This document shows positions 42,695 through 51,900 of a stretch of DNA of 64,000 bases, in pieces. A program made the position numbers and the translations under genes. Location: NCBI GenBank assembly GCA_030827365.1, contig JAUREO010000001.1, positions 22,312 to 86,311 on the forward strand. Direction: 5' to 3'. The stretch's first letter is position 1; each line of letters begins with the position of its first letter. The notes under the pieces were generated by a model that was not told where the DNA came from, did not search any database, and was given only the letters and a program-made list of their open reading frames with translations. Source of the DNA: Poseidonia sp. (GTDB taxonomy: Archaea; Thermoplasmatota; Poseidoniia; Poseidoniales; Poseidoniaceae).

Positions 42695-43315
42695 ATGTTT
42701 GAGCGTGTTTTCGTGTTTCATGCAACTGTACTTCTCGATGAACCCTATTGGGTGTTTGATTTCACGAAACCAAACTCTTCACCTTGGCTACATCATTTCA
42801 AATACACGGTTGGAAGATACGATGAGACACGACCTAGCATGTACGAGGCAGCATTGTTTGAAAACAAACGCAATCACCATGTTGGAATCGACATCGGAGC
42901 CCCAGTTGGTACGCCAATATACGCCTTTGGAGACGGTGAGATTTTCATGTTCCAAAATAATGCTGAGGAGGGCTCATATGGTCCAACGCTGATCACCAAA
43001 CACACCCTCTCCTTGCCATCAAAAATAGGTTCAGAAGAAATTGGCGAGGTTCAAACATTCTGGGTTCTTTACGGACACTTGAGCAGTGATGTACTCACCA
43101 TGTGGACTGCAGGTCAATCCTTTGCAGAGGGGGAGGTTCTCGCGTACATTGGTAATGAGCATGAGAATGGAGGTTGGGCACCCCATGTTCATGTTCAGAT
43201 TTCTCGAATCGAGCCAAAAGTTTGCGATTTGCCGGGCGTAGTTGCTTTAGAAGATAGAAGTCAAGCACTGTTGGATTTCCCAGACCCAAGGTTGATTCTC
43301 GGACCGATTTATTGA
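42695..43315 (+). CDS. M23 (LytM-type) metallopeptidase-domain protein, no signal peptide
   Basis: Motifs HHVGIDIGAPVGTPIYAFGDGEI (HxxxD) and APHVHVQI (HxH). I saw no N-terminal hydrophobic segment. Confidence 0.7.
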   Translation: MFERVFVFHATVLLDEPYWVFDFTKPNSSPWLHHFKYTVGRYDETRPSMYEAALFENKRNHHVGIDIGAPVGTPIYAFGDGEIFMFQNNAEEGSYGPTLITKHTLSLPSKIGSEEIGEVQTFWVLYGHLSSDVLTMWTAGQSFAEGEVLAYIGNEHENGGWAPHVHVQISRIEPKVCDLPGVVALEDRSQALLDFPDPRLILGPIY

Positions 43316-44442
43316 ACCGATTTGAGGAATTCTTTGAGAGCCCCAATGGGTTGAATCTTATTCGGGTCTTTTCCATGAAGCAGAGATAATGCAATGGAAA
43401 GCCAATCCATGATAATGCAATGGTAGAGAAGCGATTCGAATAACGATTGGCCCTCCCCTTGAATTCTCCAAGCAAATTCAGTTGGGCTATGGGCAATGAG
43501 CCAATCCGTACGTTGGAGAACTCTTGGATGCATGCCTACCCAAGACAACACGAGGAGGACCTGAGTGTCACTTGTGGGGTCGCTATGTTCGCCAACGCCA
43601 CCCCAAGCGACAATTTCGTTGTGATTCATTTCGGGGATGAGTCCGATTTTTGCAAATCTTGCTGAATTTTCGTTGAGTTGATTTTTGAAACGAAGGACTG
43701 CTGGGCCACATTCTGTTGGTCCAAGAATGGATATAGGCCGCGAGGTCATGGCTGCAGCCAATTGTGCGATGTCACCTTCTGGGTCGAGTGTAAAATCAAA
43801 ATTTTGTGAAACATCTTCAAGGCGGTCAAAGATTTCATTTAATTCCTGTTCGCTTTTCATGTTCATGATGCCAAGTCGTTGTAAGCATGCATATTGGCGA
43901 CTAAAAATATGGCCAAATGCGGTGCGAGGAGGCTGTCCGCCAACGGTTGGTACAAGAAAACACGTCGAATATAGTTCAGAAAACCCAGCAAGTTCTCCTC
44001 CAGATGCAATCACAATAACCACGCCACCACGTTTGAGAATTTGCTCGGTGGCTGAAACAGTTTCTTCTGTTGTGCCACTATGGCTTGTTGCAAGAACAAG
44101 CGATTGGTCAGTCCACCATGAAGGCACATCGTAATCACGATGGACTCGAATTGGAACCGTACCTTCATGGTCTGCAAGAGCAGCCAAGAAATCACCGCTA
44201 CTTGCTGAACCTCCCATGCCCAAACAAAGAACAGAATTCCATTTCTGCTCTGCGAGTAATGAGTACCATTCATCGTTTGATTGTTGAACAAAGGCAAATC
44301 CTTTGCGTAAATCGTCGACGAACGATTGGGTATGACCGATCATTCCCTGTGTGTCAAACTTGTGAGCCAAGTCGACGAGTGTAGCAACAGAAGTTTCTTG
44401 CTGGTCAACCATGTGTACGCACCTAGTATTATTGGCTTCCAT
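43309..44442 (-). CDS. Bifunctional phosphoglucose/phosphomannose isomerase (SIS-domain, archaeal PGI/PMI family)
   Basis: SIS motifs LGMGGSASSGDF and TSHSGTTEET; about 370 aa. An alternative ATG at 44412 would remove the 14-nt overlap with the NMD3 gene. Confidence 0.7.
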   Translation of the reverse strand: MEANNTRCVHMVDQQETSVATLVDLAHKFDTQGMIGHTQSFVDDLRKGFAFVQQSNDEWYSLLAEQKWNSVLCLGMGGSASSGDFLAALADHEGTVPIRVHRDYDVPSWWTDQSLVLATSHSGTTEETVSATEQILKRGGVVIVIASGGELAGFSELYSTCFLVPTVGGQPPRTAFGHIFSRQYACLQRLGIMNMKSEQELNEIFDRLEDVSQNFDFTLDPEGDIAQLAAAMTSRPISILGPTECGPAVLRFKNQLNENSARFAKIGLIPEMNHNEIVAWGGVGEHSDPTSDTQVLLVLSWVGMHPRVLQRTDWLIAHSPTEFAWRIQGEGQSLFESLLYHCIIMDWLSIALSLLHGKDPNKIQPIGALKEFLKSVQ

Positions 44443-45568
44443 ATTTTATTTTTTCATCAATTCCGAGCCTCGGAAGGGCAATCCACTCCCCTTCTATTTT
44501 ACACAAGAGAATTCTTGATTGTTGTGCATAGGTGTATGGCAATCGAACCGAACTCATCTGCCAATTTGTTGGGTCAAGGAATTCACCGACCGATGCGTCT
44601 TCGGTAAGCAATTCTACTTCGAGGATATCTTTTCGCCTTGCTGATACGTTTGCAGATTCAAGGTCTCGCCATGAGACTCCAGTTTTCTCATGATGACTGA
44701 CCCGTTGAATAATCGCACCATCCTTCGACCAAGAGGTTGGTCGCCACAGTGCATCTCGGAATGAAATCACATCACCTAAATCATAGCCTGGTTTTCGATA
44801 GAGTAAGGTCAAACGAGTGACATCGACTCCATCCCTTTTCCCGACAACAGAATTTGTTTCAACGGCGTGCCCTCCGAATTCAGAGATGAGGTGACGCCCC
44901 CAAGAACGCGCTAAACCTTTGCTTCCGAGCACCACATCATAACCCCCCTGTACCGGCCCTTCTTTTGAGATGAAAAACATTGGATCATTCGGCATAGAGT
45001 CGAGAACATCATCAAAGGTATCTCGAAGTGCTTTGAATTCCTCCTCATCGAGTCGACGTGCGGAACTACGTAGCTGAACGGTCGCCTCAAAGTAGTTGCC
45101 CGCCTTTCTCGTACAGGTTATGCAAACACCATTCGCCATTCTTGCCCTCATGGTGTGTTCTTCTTGATAGAGCAATGAATCAATCACACCTTCCACTTGA
45201 ATATGAAGCAAGGTATGGCGTTCACTTATTGGTTCAACTTCCATTGCTATGCTCGTTTGTTCTGCTAAATGATGAACTTGGACATGACGTTGAAGCAATT
45301 CATCCCACAATTGATCAAACGAAATGTCGGTCCACTTTCCTTCAAGTTCAACAATTCCGCACCGAGCACACCGCACCCAAGGAATATTTTTTGGCACGAG
45401 AGCAAGTTTTGTTCTCTTTCTACAACAATCCTCACACAATCGGTCAGTAAAGAGCGGAGGCTCTTGCCCACAAACCAGGCAAAATTCACCACCGAGGACA
45501 CTTGACATAAAGAACGCCAAAGGTGAGGACCAACCACTTTGATTTGAAGATATAGGATTGTTATTCAT
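44429..45568 (-). CDS. NMD3-family ribosomal large-subunit biogenesis/export factor homolog
   Basis: N-terminal Cys clusters are CLVCG...LCEDCC...CARCG. The second cluster CITCTRKAGNYFEATVQLR is the NMD3 hallmark. The ATG at 45568 overlaps the ccmD stop (ATGAATAA). Confidence 0.7.
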   Translation of the reverse strand: MNNNPISSNQSGWSSPLAFFMSSVLGGEFCLVCGQEPPLFTDRLCEDCCRKRTKLALVPKNIPWVRCARCGIVELEGKWTDISFDQLWDELLQRHVQVHHLAEQTSIAMEVEPISERHTLLHIQVEGVIDSLLYQEEHTMRARMANGVCITCTRKAGNYFEATVQLRSSARRLDEEEFKALRDTFDDVLDSMPNDPMFFISKEGPVQGGYDVVLGSKGLARSWGRHLISEFGGHAVETNSVVGKRDGVDVTRLTLLYRKPGYDLGDVISFRDALWRPTSWSKDGAIIQRVSHHEKTGVSWRDLESANVSARRKDILEVELLTEDASVGEFLDPTNWQMSSVRLPYTYAQQSRILLCKIEGEWIALPRLGIDEKIKYGSQ

Positions 45569-45731
45569 TTTCCGAATCTTCTTTGTTTGCATTTTGTTGA
45601 GCCAGTGCTTCTTCAATCGATTCAATTTGTAAAATCAATCGGCTATGTCTTGTTGCGACGATATATGTCCAAATTCCGAGGGCAAAAATCATGCCTAAGT
45701 ATGCGATTGCAAGGTAGGTTATGCTTTCCAT
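45561..45731 (-). CDS. ccmD: CcmD-like small heme-exporter subunit (56 aa; below the ORF-track size cutoff)
   Basis: My own translation is MESITYLAIAYLGMIFALGIWTYIVATRHSRLILQIESIEEALAQQNANKEDSENE. It has a single TM followed by a basic/charged tail. It starts 2 nt after the ccmC stop. Confidence 0.55.
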   Translation of the reverse strand: MESITYLAIAYLGMIFALGIWTYIVATRHSRLILQIESIEEALAQQNANKEDSENE

Positions 45732-45733
45732 GA

Positions 45734-46429
45734 TCATCCATCCATTTCTGATTGTAACACTGCAAGTTTTTGTTCAAGTTGACTTGTTTGTAATGAGAGC
45801 AAAACTTGGCCAACGATGGCAATTGAGAATGAAATCGCACCAATGAGGAGAACAAGTCCCATATCAGAATCAAGCGAACTGCCTTCACCTGTGGCGACCA
45901 CAGGGCCAGGATGTCGAATGGTCCATAATCGTGTAGCGACATATGTGACAGGTACCAGAACAAAACCATAGAGCCCAAAAGTGGAGAATGTATCACGTGA
46001 TTCAACACTGTCCGGCTGGCTTTGTCTTCCAAGCACGAGATAGACAGCGAGAAGCGTGAGCAGTCCAAATGTGTTCAAGCGTGGGTCAGCCCAGTCCCAA
46101 GGTACCCCCCATTCTGCAGCACCCCATATACAACCGGACCAAACGGTCATGAGGCCGGTGACAAGTCCTGCTTCTGCCCCCGCAACATGCAGTTTCCAGC
46201 CGAGTTCTGACCTTCGAAAAATCCACAGCGCTGAACCCACGAATAGAATACCAAATGCAAGAAAAGCTGCCCAAGCGGATGGTACATGCCAGTAAAAAAT
46301 ACGTTGTGCACTCGGCGACTCAAATGCATCGATGGAAACTTGAGGGGCCCACAAAAAGCCCAGCCCTAAGGTTGCGGCGACCCCACAATAACCCAAGCCC
46401 AAAATGAGTGGGGCTTTGGTGGTCAGCAT
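45734..46429 (-). CDS. ccmC: Cytochrome c maturation heme-handling protein CcmC
   Basis: The WWD motif is WGAAEWGVPWDWADPRL and the conserved His context is WHVPSAW. It has six hydrophobic helices. I chose the ATG at 46429 because the longer ORF overlaps ccmAB. Confidence 0.8.
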   Translation of the reverse strand: MLTTKAPLILGLGYCGVAATLGLGFLWAPQVSIDAFESPSAQRIFYWHVPSAWAAFLAFGILFVGSALWIFRRSELGWKLHVAGAEAGLVTGLMTVWSGCIWGAAEWGVPWDWADPRLNTFGLLTLLAVYLVLGRQSQPDSVESRDTFSTFGLYGFVLVPVTYVATRLWTIRHPGPVVATGEGSSLDSDMGLVLLIGAISFSIAIVGQVLLSLQTSQLEQKLAVLQSEMDG

Positions 46430-46466
46430 GATTTGTGGACCATGTCCCCCCTTCTTGAAGATGGTG

Positions 46467-47693
46467 TCATTGGGACAAGAAATCAAGCAAGAGGGCAAAT
46501 GGTAAGATGAGAACGGGGGTGAGCAGTCCAATAAAAACTGCATGTGGCCTCGCCAGTTGTTCAACTTGGAGTTGCACCAGTCGCATGATATGGGCGATGA
46601 TGCCTGCAAGCAGTGAGCCCACCATCACCAATTCGGTTGTTGTTTGGTCAATGCCTGCTAAGATTGAATTTGATAGAAATGTGACGACGACCCCGAGTAA
46701 AAAAGGCAACCAAGAAGAATGTGGCGTTCCATAGGATGTCGCTTTCCACCACGACAGGCTTCGTTCTTCTCTCAACATGATGACAAGCCCATCACCACAT
46801 AATCCAATGGCAAGAGCCGGAGCAAGAATAAACCCAAGGTGGTCAATCGAATTGGTTCCAATAGGTAATGAAAGAATTGCCATGAGAACGCCAAGGGTCA
46901 TCATGGCTGCAAGACCATTGTGACTCAACCATCGCATTGTTCGGAATTGTTGCCGAAGTCCAAAGCTCGAAGGACGAGTTCTTTTGCATTCTTTTCCAAA
47001 AGGCATTTCTTTTTGAGCTGGGGGCTCTAATGCTGTATGTTGTTGTACGGTGTTATTATCAAGCGAATGAATGTGTGTTGCGAGAGACTCGAAAACGCCT
47101 TGATGGGAACTCAAAACAATGCCATGACCGTTGTGTTGCAAAGCACGAAGCCACATGGTTAAGGTTTGAATGGAACCTTCATCGAGTCCTGCATCGGGTT
47201 CATCAAGAAGAATCATGGTCGGCGATGCTGAAGCAAAAGCAGGTAGAATGGCTGCAAGAATTGCAACTTTTCGTCGCTGACCAGCCGATAGCGTTGCGAC
47301 CAAATCATGTTTTCTGTGGAGAAGTGAAAAGGCCTCAAGAAATGGTGCTTGGTCAATACTTCGACCATACATGCTGGTTGCAAATTCAAGATGTTCAGCG
47401 ATAGTTTCTGAACCCATGACGCCATTTGATTGAAGGGCTATGGCGACGTGAATGGTGCTTCTTTTGCGACGACCTTCACCGTCTGCAACCAGTTCCCCAC
47501 CATGTTGCAAAGTACCTTGTTCGAAAGTCGTCAATCCAGCAAGTGATTCAATGAGTGTGGATTTTCCAGAACCGTTTGTGCCAACAAGGAGGTGAATGTC
47601 TTCTTGTTTTACTTCGAAAGACTTGTCTTTCAAAACCAGGTTCATCCCTCGACGCACTGTGACCCTTTGGAGTTGAGCCAATGTGCGAGTCAT
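46467..47693 (-). CDS. CcmA-type ABC ATPase fused to a CcmB-like membrane domain
   Basis: The NBD has GTNGSGKST, LSAGQRRKVAILAA and ILLDEPDAGLD. It is followed by about 180 aa with five to six hydrophobic helices. It lies directly upstream of ccmC. The track start (47699) is TTG and the first ATG is at 47693. Confidence 0.65.
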   Translation of the reverse strand: MTRTLAQLQRVTVRRGMNLVLKDKSFEVKQEDIHLLVGTNGSGKSTLIESLAGLTTFEQGTLQHGGELVADGEGRRKRSTIHVAIALQSNGVMGSETIAEHLEFATSMYGRSIDQAPFLEAFSLLHRKHDLVATLSAGQRRKVAILAAILPAFASASPTMILLDEPDAGLDEGSIQTLTMWLRALQHNGHGIVLSSHQGVFESLATHIHSLDNNTVQQHTALEPPAQKEMPFGKECKRTRPSSFGLRQQFRTMRWLSHNGLAAMMTLGVLMAILSLPIGTNSIDHLGFILAPALAIGLCGDGLVIMLREERSLSWWKATSYGTPHSSWLPFLLGVVVTFLSNSILAGIDQTTTELVMVGSLLAGIIAHIMRLVQLQVEQLARPHAVFIGLLTPVLILPFALLLDFLSQ

Positions 47694-47779
47694 GGTCAAG
47701 CGAAAAGGTCCTTCTAAGTCAATTCTCCGACCATGAGAACAGCGTCAAACCAATAGGTAATCACTTCATCGATGCACCT

Positions 47780-48826
47780 ATGGGCTACCATTTCATGTCC
47801 TTTGGTGCAGCGGAATGGGCCATCTTAGGGATGTGGTTCATCGCCATCCTCGCTCCTTTAGGCTTCGCAATCCGACACCAGACTTCTCTTGCTCTCTCAC
47901 TGACCCTAAGCGTGTTGCTTGGCTCAATTGTTCAACTTCTTTGGTCGATTCTTTACAACTCAGGTCTGTTATCGACTTGGCTTTGGCATGATTTTGTCTT
48001 AGTTCCTTCTCGGACAACTGAACCAATGTGGTGGCACACCATTTTCACTTCGGGTTTTTTGCACAGTAACGATGTCATGCACGTGCTCGGAAATACAATC
48101 ATTCTTGCATTGGTTGGCATACCGCTGGAACAACGGTTAGGCATGAGAAGATATGCATTGGTGTATACTGCAGGTCTCTTTTTTGGTTCAACAGCATGGA
48201 TGTTGATGAATTTAGATTCGAGCAGGCCTGCATTAGGGGCATCAGGTGCTGCTTTTGGTCTGCTGGGCGCATATCTCGCAGGATGGCCCAAGGACGAGAT
48301 ACCTTTTCCGTTTATTCTCATTCGAAAATGGCCAATTACTTTGATTGCATTGGTGTATTTTGGTTTGGAAATACTTCGAGCATACTCCACCATTGGCCTT
48401 CATCAAACCAGCGATGTAGCACACATGGCTCACTTAGGTGGTTTTCTCGGTGCTTACATTTGTTTACCGCTCATTGCAAAAGGTGGGCCTGTACCACTCG
48501 GTATTGAAGATGGTGGGCCTTCGCTCATCAATTCAATACAAAGCAAAAACATGGCCATACGATCTAAAATGGTGGACCTATCAACTCTTGAATCCCCATG
48601 GGAAGTTGATGGAACCATTCCAAAACATCTTCGTGAGCTATTGTCAAAATTAAAGCAAGAAGGTGATGAAGTTGAAACGAGGTTGGCGTGGATGGAGCAA
48701 ATATCTTACCTTGCATTTTGCCCAATTTGTGAACAACAAATTGTCATGACAGAACACAGTGATGGTCCAAGGTTGACGTGCATGGAGAATGCATCTCATC
48801 TCGACTGGCCAAAGGCAATCGATTGA
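47780..48826 (+). CDS. Rhomboid-family intramembrane serine protease with C-terminal cytoplasmic zinc-ribbon-like tail
   Basis: Motifs WWHTIFTSGFLHSNDVMHVLGN, the catalytic GASGAAFG and AHLGGFLG. The tail is CPIC-x16-C-x5-H. Confidence 0.85.
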   Translation: MGYHFMSFGAAEWAILGMWFIAILAPLGFAIRHQTSLALSLTLSVLLGSIVQLLWSILYNSGLLSTWLWHDFVLVPSRTTEPMWWHTIFTSGFLHSNDVMHVLGNTIILALVGIPLEQRLGMRRYALVYTAGLFFGSTAWMLMNLDSSRPALGASGAAFGLLGAYLAGWPKDEIPFPFILIRKWPITLIALVYFGLEILRAYSTIGLHQTSDVAHMAHLGGFLGAYICLPLIAKGGPVPLGIEDGGPSLINSIQSKNMAIRSKMVDLSTLESPWEVDGTIPKHLRELLSKLKQEGDEVETRLAWMEQISYLAFCPICEQQIVMTEHSDGPRLTCMENASHLDWPKAID

Positions 48827-48876
48827 TTTTTCAGAAATTTCCATTCAAAACAAAGATAGAATAAAGGAGGTAAACC

Positions 48877-48900
48877 ATGACATACAGGCAGGAGGGGTGA
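48877..48900 (+). promoter_or_regulatory. Candidate 7-codon leader ORF (MTYRQEG*) with a strong AAGGAGGT Shine-Dalgarno-like site, ending 1 nt before the subtilase ATG
   Basis: Read directly: aaAGGAGGtaaaccATGacatacaggcaGGAGGggTGAaATG. The second GGAGG, inside the leader ORF, sits 6-10 nt upstream of the main ATG. Confidence 0.3.
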
Positions 48901-48901
48901 A

Positions 48902-51900
48902 ATGCAACGTCAACGAAATTCTCGATTGAGCATTCTCATTCTCATGATATTCATCATGGTCTTTTCAACAACACTTTCTCCAATTGTTGCACATCCAATC
49001 TCAAATGTTGTGGTAAAAAACAGCGATGAACCGATTCTCATCGAGGGTTTGCCCCCACTAGTGTGCGGTGAAGAACTGTGTCGATTCAATGATCGTTTGA
49101 TTGAACGAAATGGCATGCCTGCATCCGAAGATGAACTTTGGTGGTTGTCGTACGGTCCAGATTTAGATTGGAATGGGATGGACGATAGATTACAACGTGT
49201 TCTTGCGGGAGCGGAGTCGATATCTCCTACCGCCATTATTGGCCCTGATGGCAGAAAAACCGTTGCCATCGTTGTCGATTATGCATGGCATCCAACAAAT
49301 AAAGAGCATGAAGAACTGCAAGCGATTCTTATCGCCCATGGTTGGGTCGGCGAAGAAGGTGGTGCGTGGTACCAAGCGCTCGATTCATTGGATGCTATCG
49401 TTGTTGACAAAGTTCCAGTGTCAGCTCTCATGGATATTTATTCATCCGAAGGGGTTGTCGTCATTGAAATGCAGAACGTCATGGTACCATCCAATGACAT
49501 CGCTACAAGGGCACTCCGAATGCGTCCATCAGATGTGTACACCGCAACTGCATATGAGCGAGGATATGATGGACAAGGCGTGGTCATTGCTGTCCTTGAT
49601 ACTGGGGTTGATAATGAACACCGTTCATTGAATGATTTTGACGATAAAAATGACGCACCAGATGAAGACCCCACCTCTTACAATGATCAAAAGTGGGTCG
49701 CAGGCTACGATGCCACCTCGGCTGCAGCAAACCAGGATGGTTCACAAGACCCAGATGACGGTCAAGGTCATGGGACCCACGTGGCTGGAAGTGCCCTCGG
49801 GACTGGGGGTAGTGACCGAACCCATATGGGTACAGCGCCCGGAGCATTCCTTGTGGACATCAAAGTCCTCACCGATTCAGGCGGCACAAATTCACAGGCA
49901 TCGTTGAACGGAATCCAATGGATGATTAACAATAGAAATACCGATTGGGGTAACAACGCCTCAAGTCGAGGCATTGATGTAGCTTCGATGTCGTTTGGTT
50001 CGGTATCATCCCCACTCAATCCCGGCGACGAAGGAGATAATGGTTCAGGTGCTGAGGCACGACTTGTGAATAATGCGACTTCGGCTGGAATTGTTTGCGT
50101 AGTTGCAATGGGTAACGATGGTTCTCGTCGAGTACCTTCTCCAGCAAGTGCAGATGGTGCAATATCAGTCGCTGCCGCAAATGATCGAAACAATGTCAAT
50201 CGAACCAACGACGTTATCGCATCCTATTCAAACTCGGGCCCGAGGATTTCAGATGATGACGATGATGATTGGGACGAACTTAAGCCAGATGTAACATCGT
50301 TCGGTACGGGAATTGTTTCCGCATCGGCGGCAACAGGGCCATCTTTGCCTGGCCAATTCAAAACCCTTGCCGATAATGACTACGAGTCCTTGGACGGTAC
50401 CAGTATGGCCACCCCGCTCGTATCGGGGGTTGTTGCTATTATGTTACAAGCAGACGACTCGTTGACGCCCGAACAAGTCAAGGACATCCTCCGAAACTCA
50501 TCAGAAATTAAAGGAAGTGCCAGTGAACCATCCATCTCGAATCGGTGGAACGCAAATTGGGGTTTTGGTCTTGTTGATGCCTCTTGTGCCCTTGACCAGG
50601 TCTTGAAACGAGTTTGTACATCTCTTGACGATTCAGGCGTGGTCATTGACCCTCCACCAGGCGGTGGTGTTGGTGACCATGTTGACCTCGATGAACCAGA
50701 GAACCAAACCTATCACCTTGCTGGCAAATATCTTCGAGTTGCAGGAACCACAGATATTCCAAACGATGTGAATTATGTCCAGGTTCAAGTTCTTCTTGAG
50801 CAAGTCAATGATGATGGAGATAAGACCGAACTTATGCCATGGACTGCAGCGACTGGTTCTGTTGATTCATGGTATCTTGATGTCTTGGTCCAAGACGATT
50901 GGGCAGACCCAGAAGCCGATTACAATGTCATTTACGCAAGAGCCGTTACCGATGAGGGCGATGCGTCTGCAATCGCATACAAAATTGTCCAATTTGGGAA
51001 AATGGATATTACCTTTTCATCACCTCTCGCAGATGCGATATTGTCTGGTATCGTTGAGGTTTCAGGAACTGTAGAAGGAACCGACCATAATCGAATCGAA
51101 TACAAAGTGGATGGTGGGGATTGGGTCGTTGGAACTACGCTTTCCCCAATGAAAGAGGGACAACAATCATGGTCATTCACGTGGAATTCACAAGAGGTCG
51201 AAGATGGAATTCACAAATTAAGTGTCAGAATGGTCAATGATTCCGAAATAAAGACCGATATCGAACGAAGGTCATTTACAATCGATAATTTCCCAGCCGC
51301 TCCAGATTTTGAGATTTTTGGAGTACCTGAAATTCACGAGCAAGGCTTACCCGTGTACGAAGCAATCGCAGGCACCTTACTCGAAGTCAAGGTCTCAATT
51401 CGTAATATTGGCGATGATGATGGTAAAGAAGTGTATGTTCTTCTCGATGCCCCCGGAACCGTCTCGACATCCTATCCTTCGGATTATGAAGTTGCACTAC
51501 TTGAAGAAGGCTCAACAGTGTCAATCACACTTCATTGGTGGGCTACTGAAGCGGGAGAGCATTCAGTCAGTATCGAAGTTGACCCGAACAACCAATTCAC
51601 TGAACCAAATGAAGAGAACAATGTCTACAGTTTTAATTTTAAAATCAATGAACGACCTACTCAACCAGTCTTGCGTTTTCAATCTGGTTCAGTAAGTACA
51701 ACACCAGTCATACCGACTCCAAACCAACCGTTCAAAATCAATGTGCGAGTGGATAATTATGGGCAAAATGATGCAACAAACTTGCAACTTGCTCTCGATA
51801 GATTCGTTGATGGTATAGGCTGGAATCGTTTGGATTCGAAGGAAATCATCGTCATACCAGGGTCAATTGTTTTCCCAGGTTTTATTGAAGTTGAATTTAC

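Noticed and set aside
45643-46068. 141-aa minus-strand ORF overlapping ccmC and the ccmD region
   Set aside because: It is out of frame with ccmC, which has a clear WWD motif. It has no recognisable features, and the 3' part of the region is better explained by the 56-aa CcmD-like ORF.
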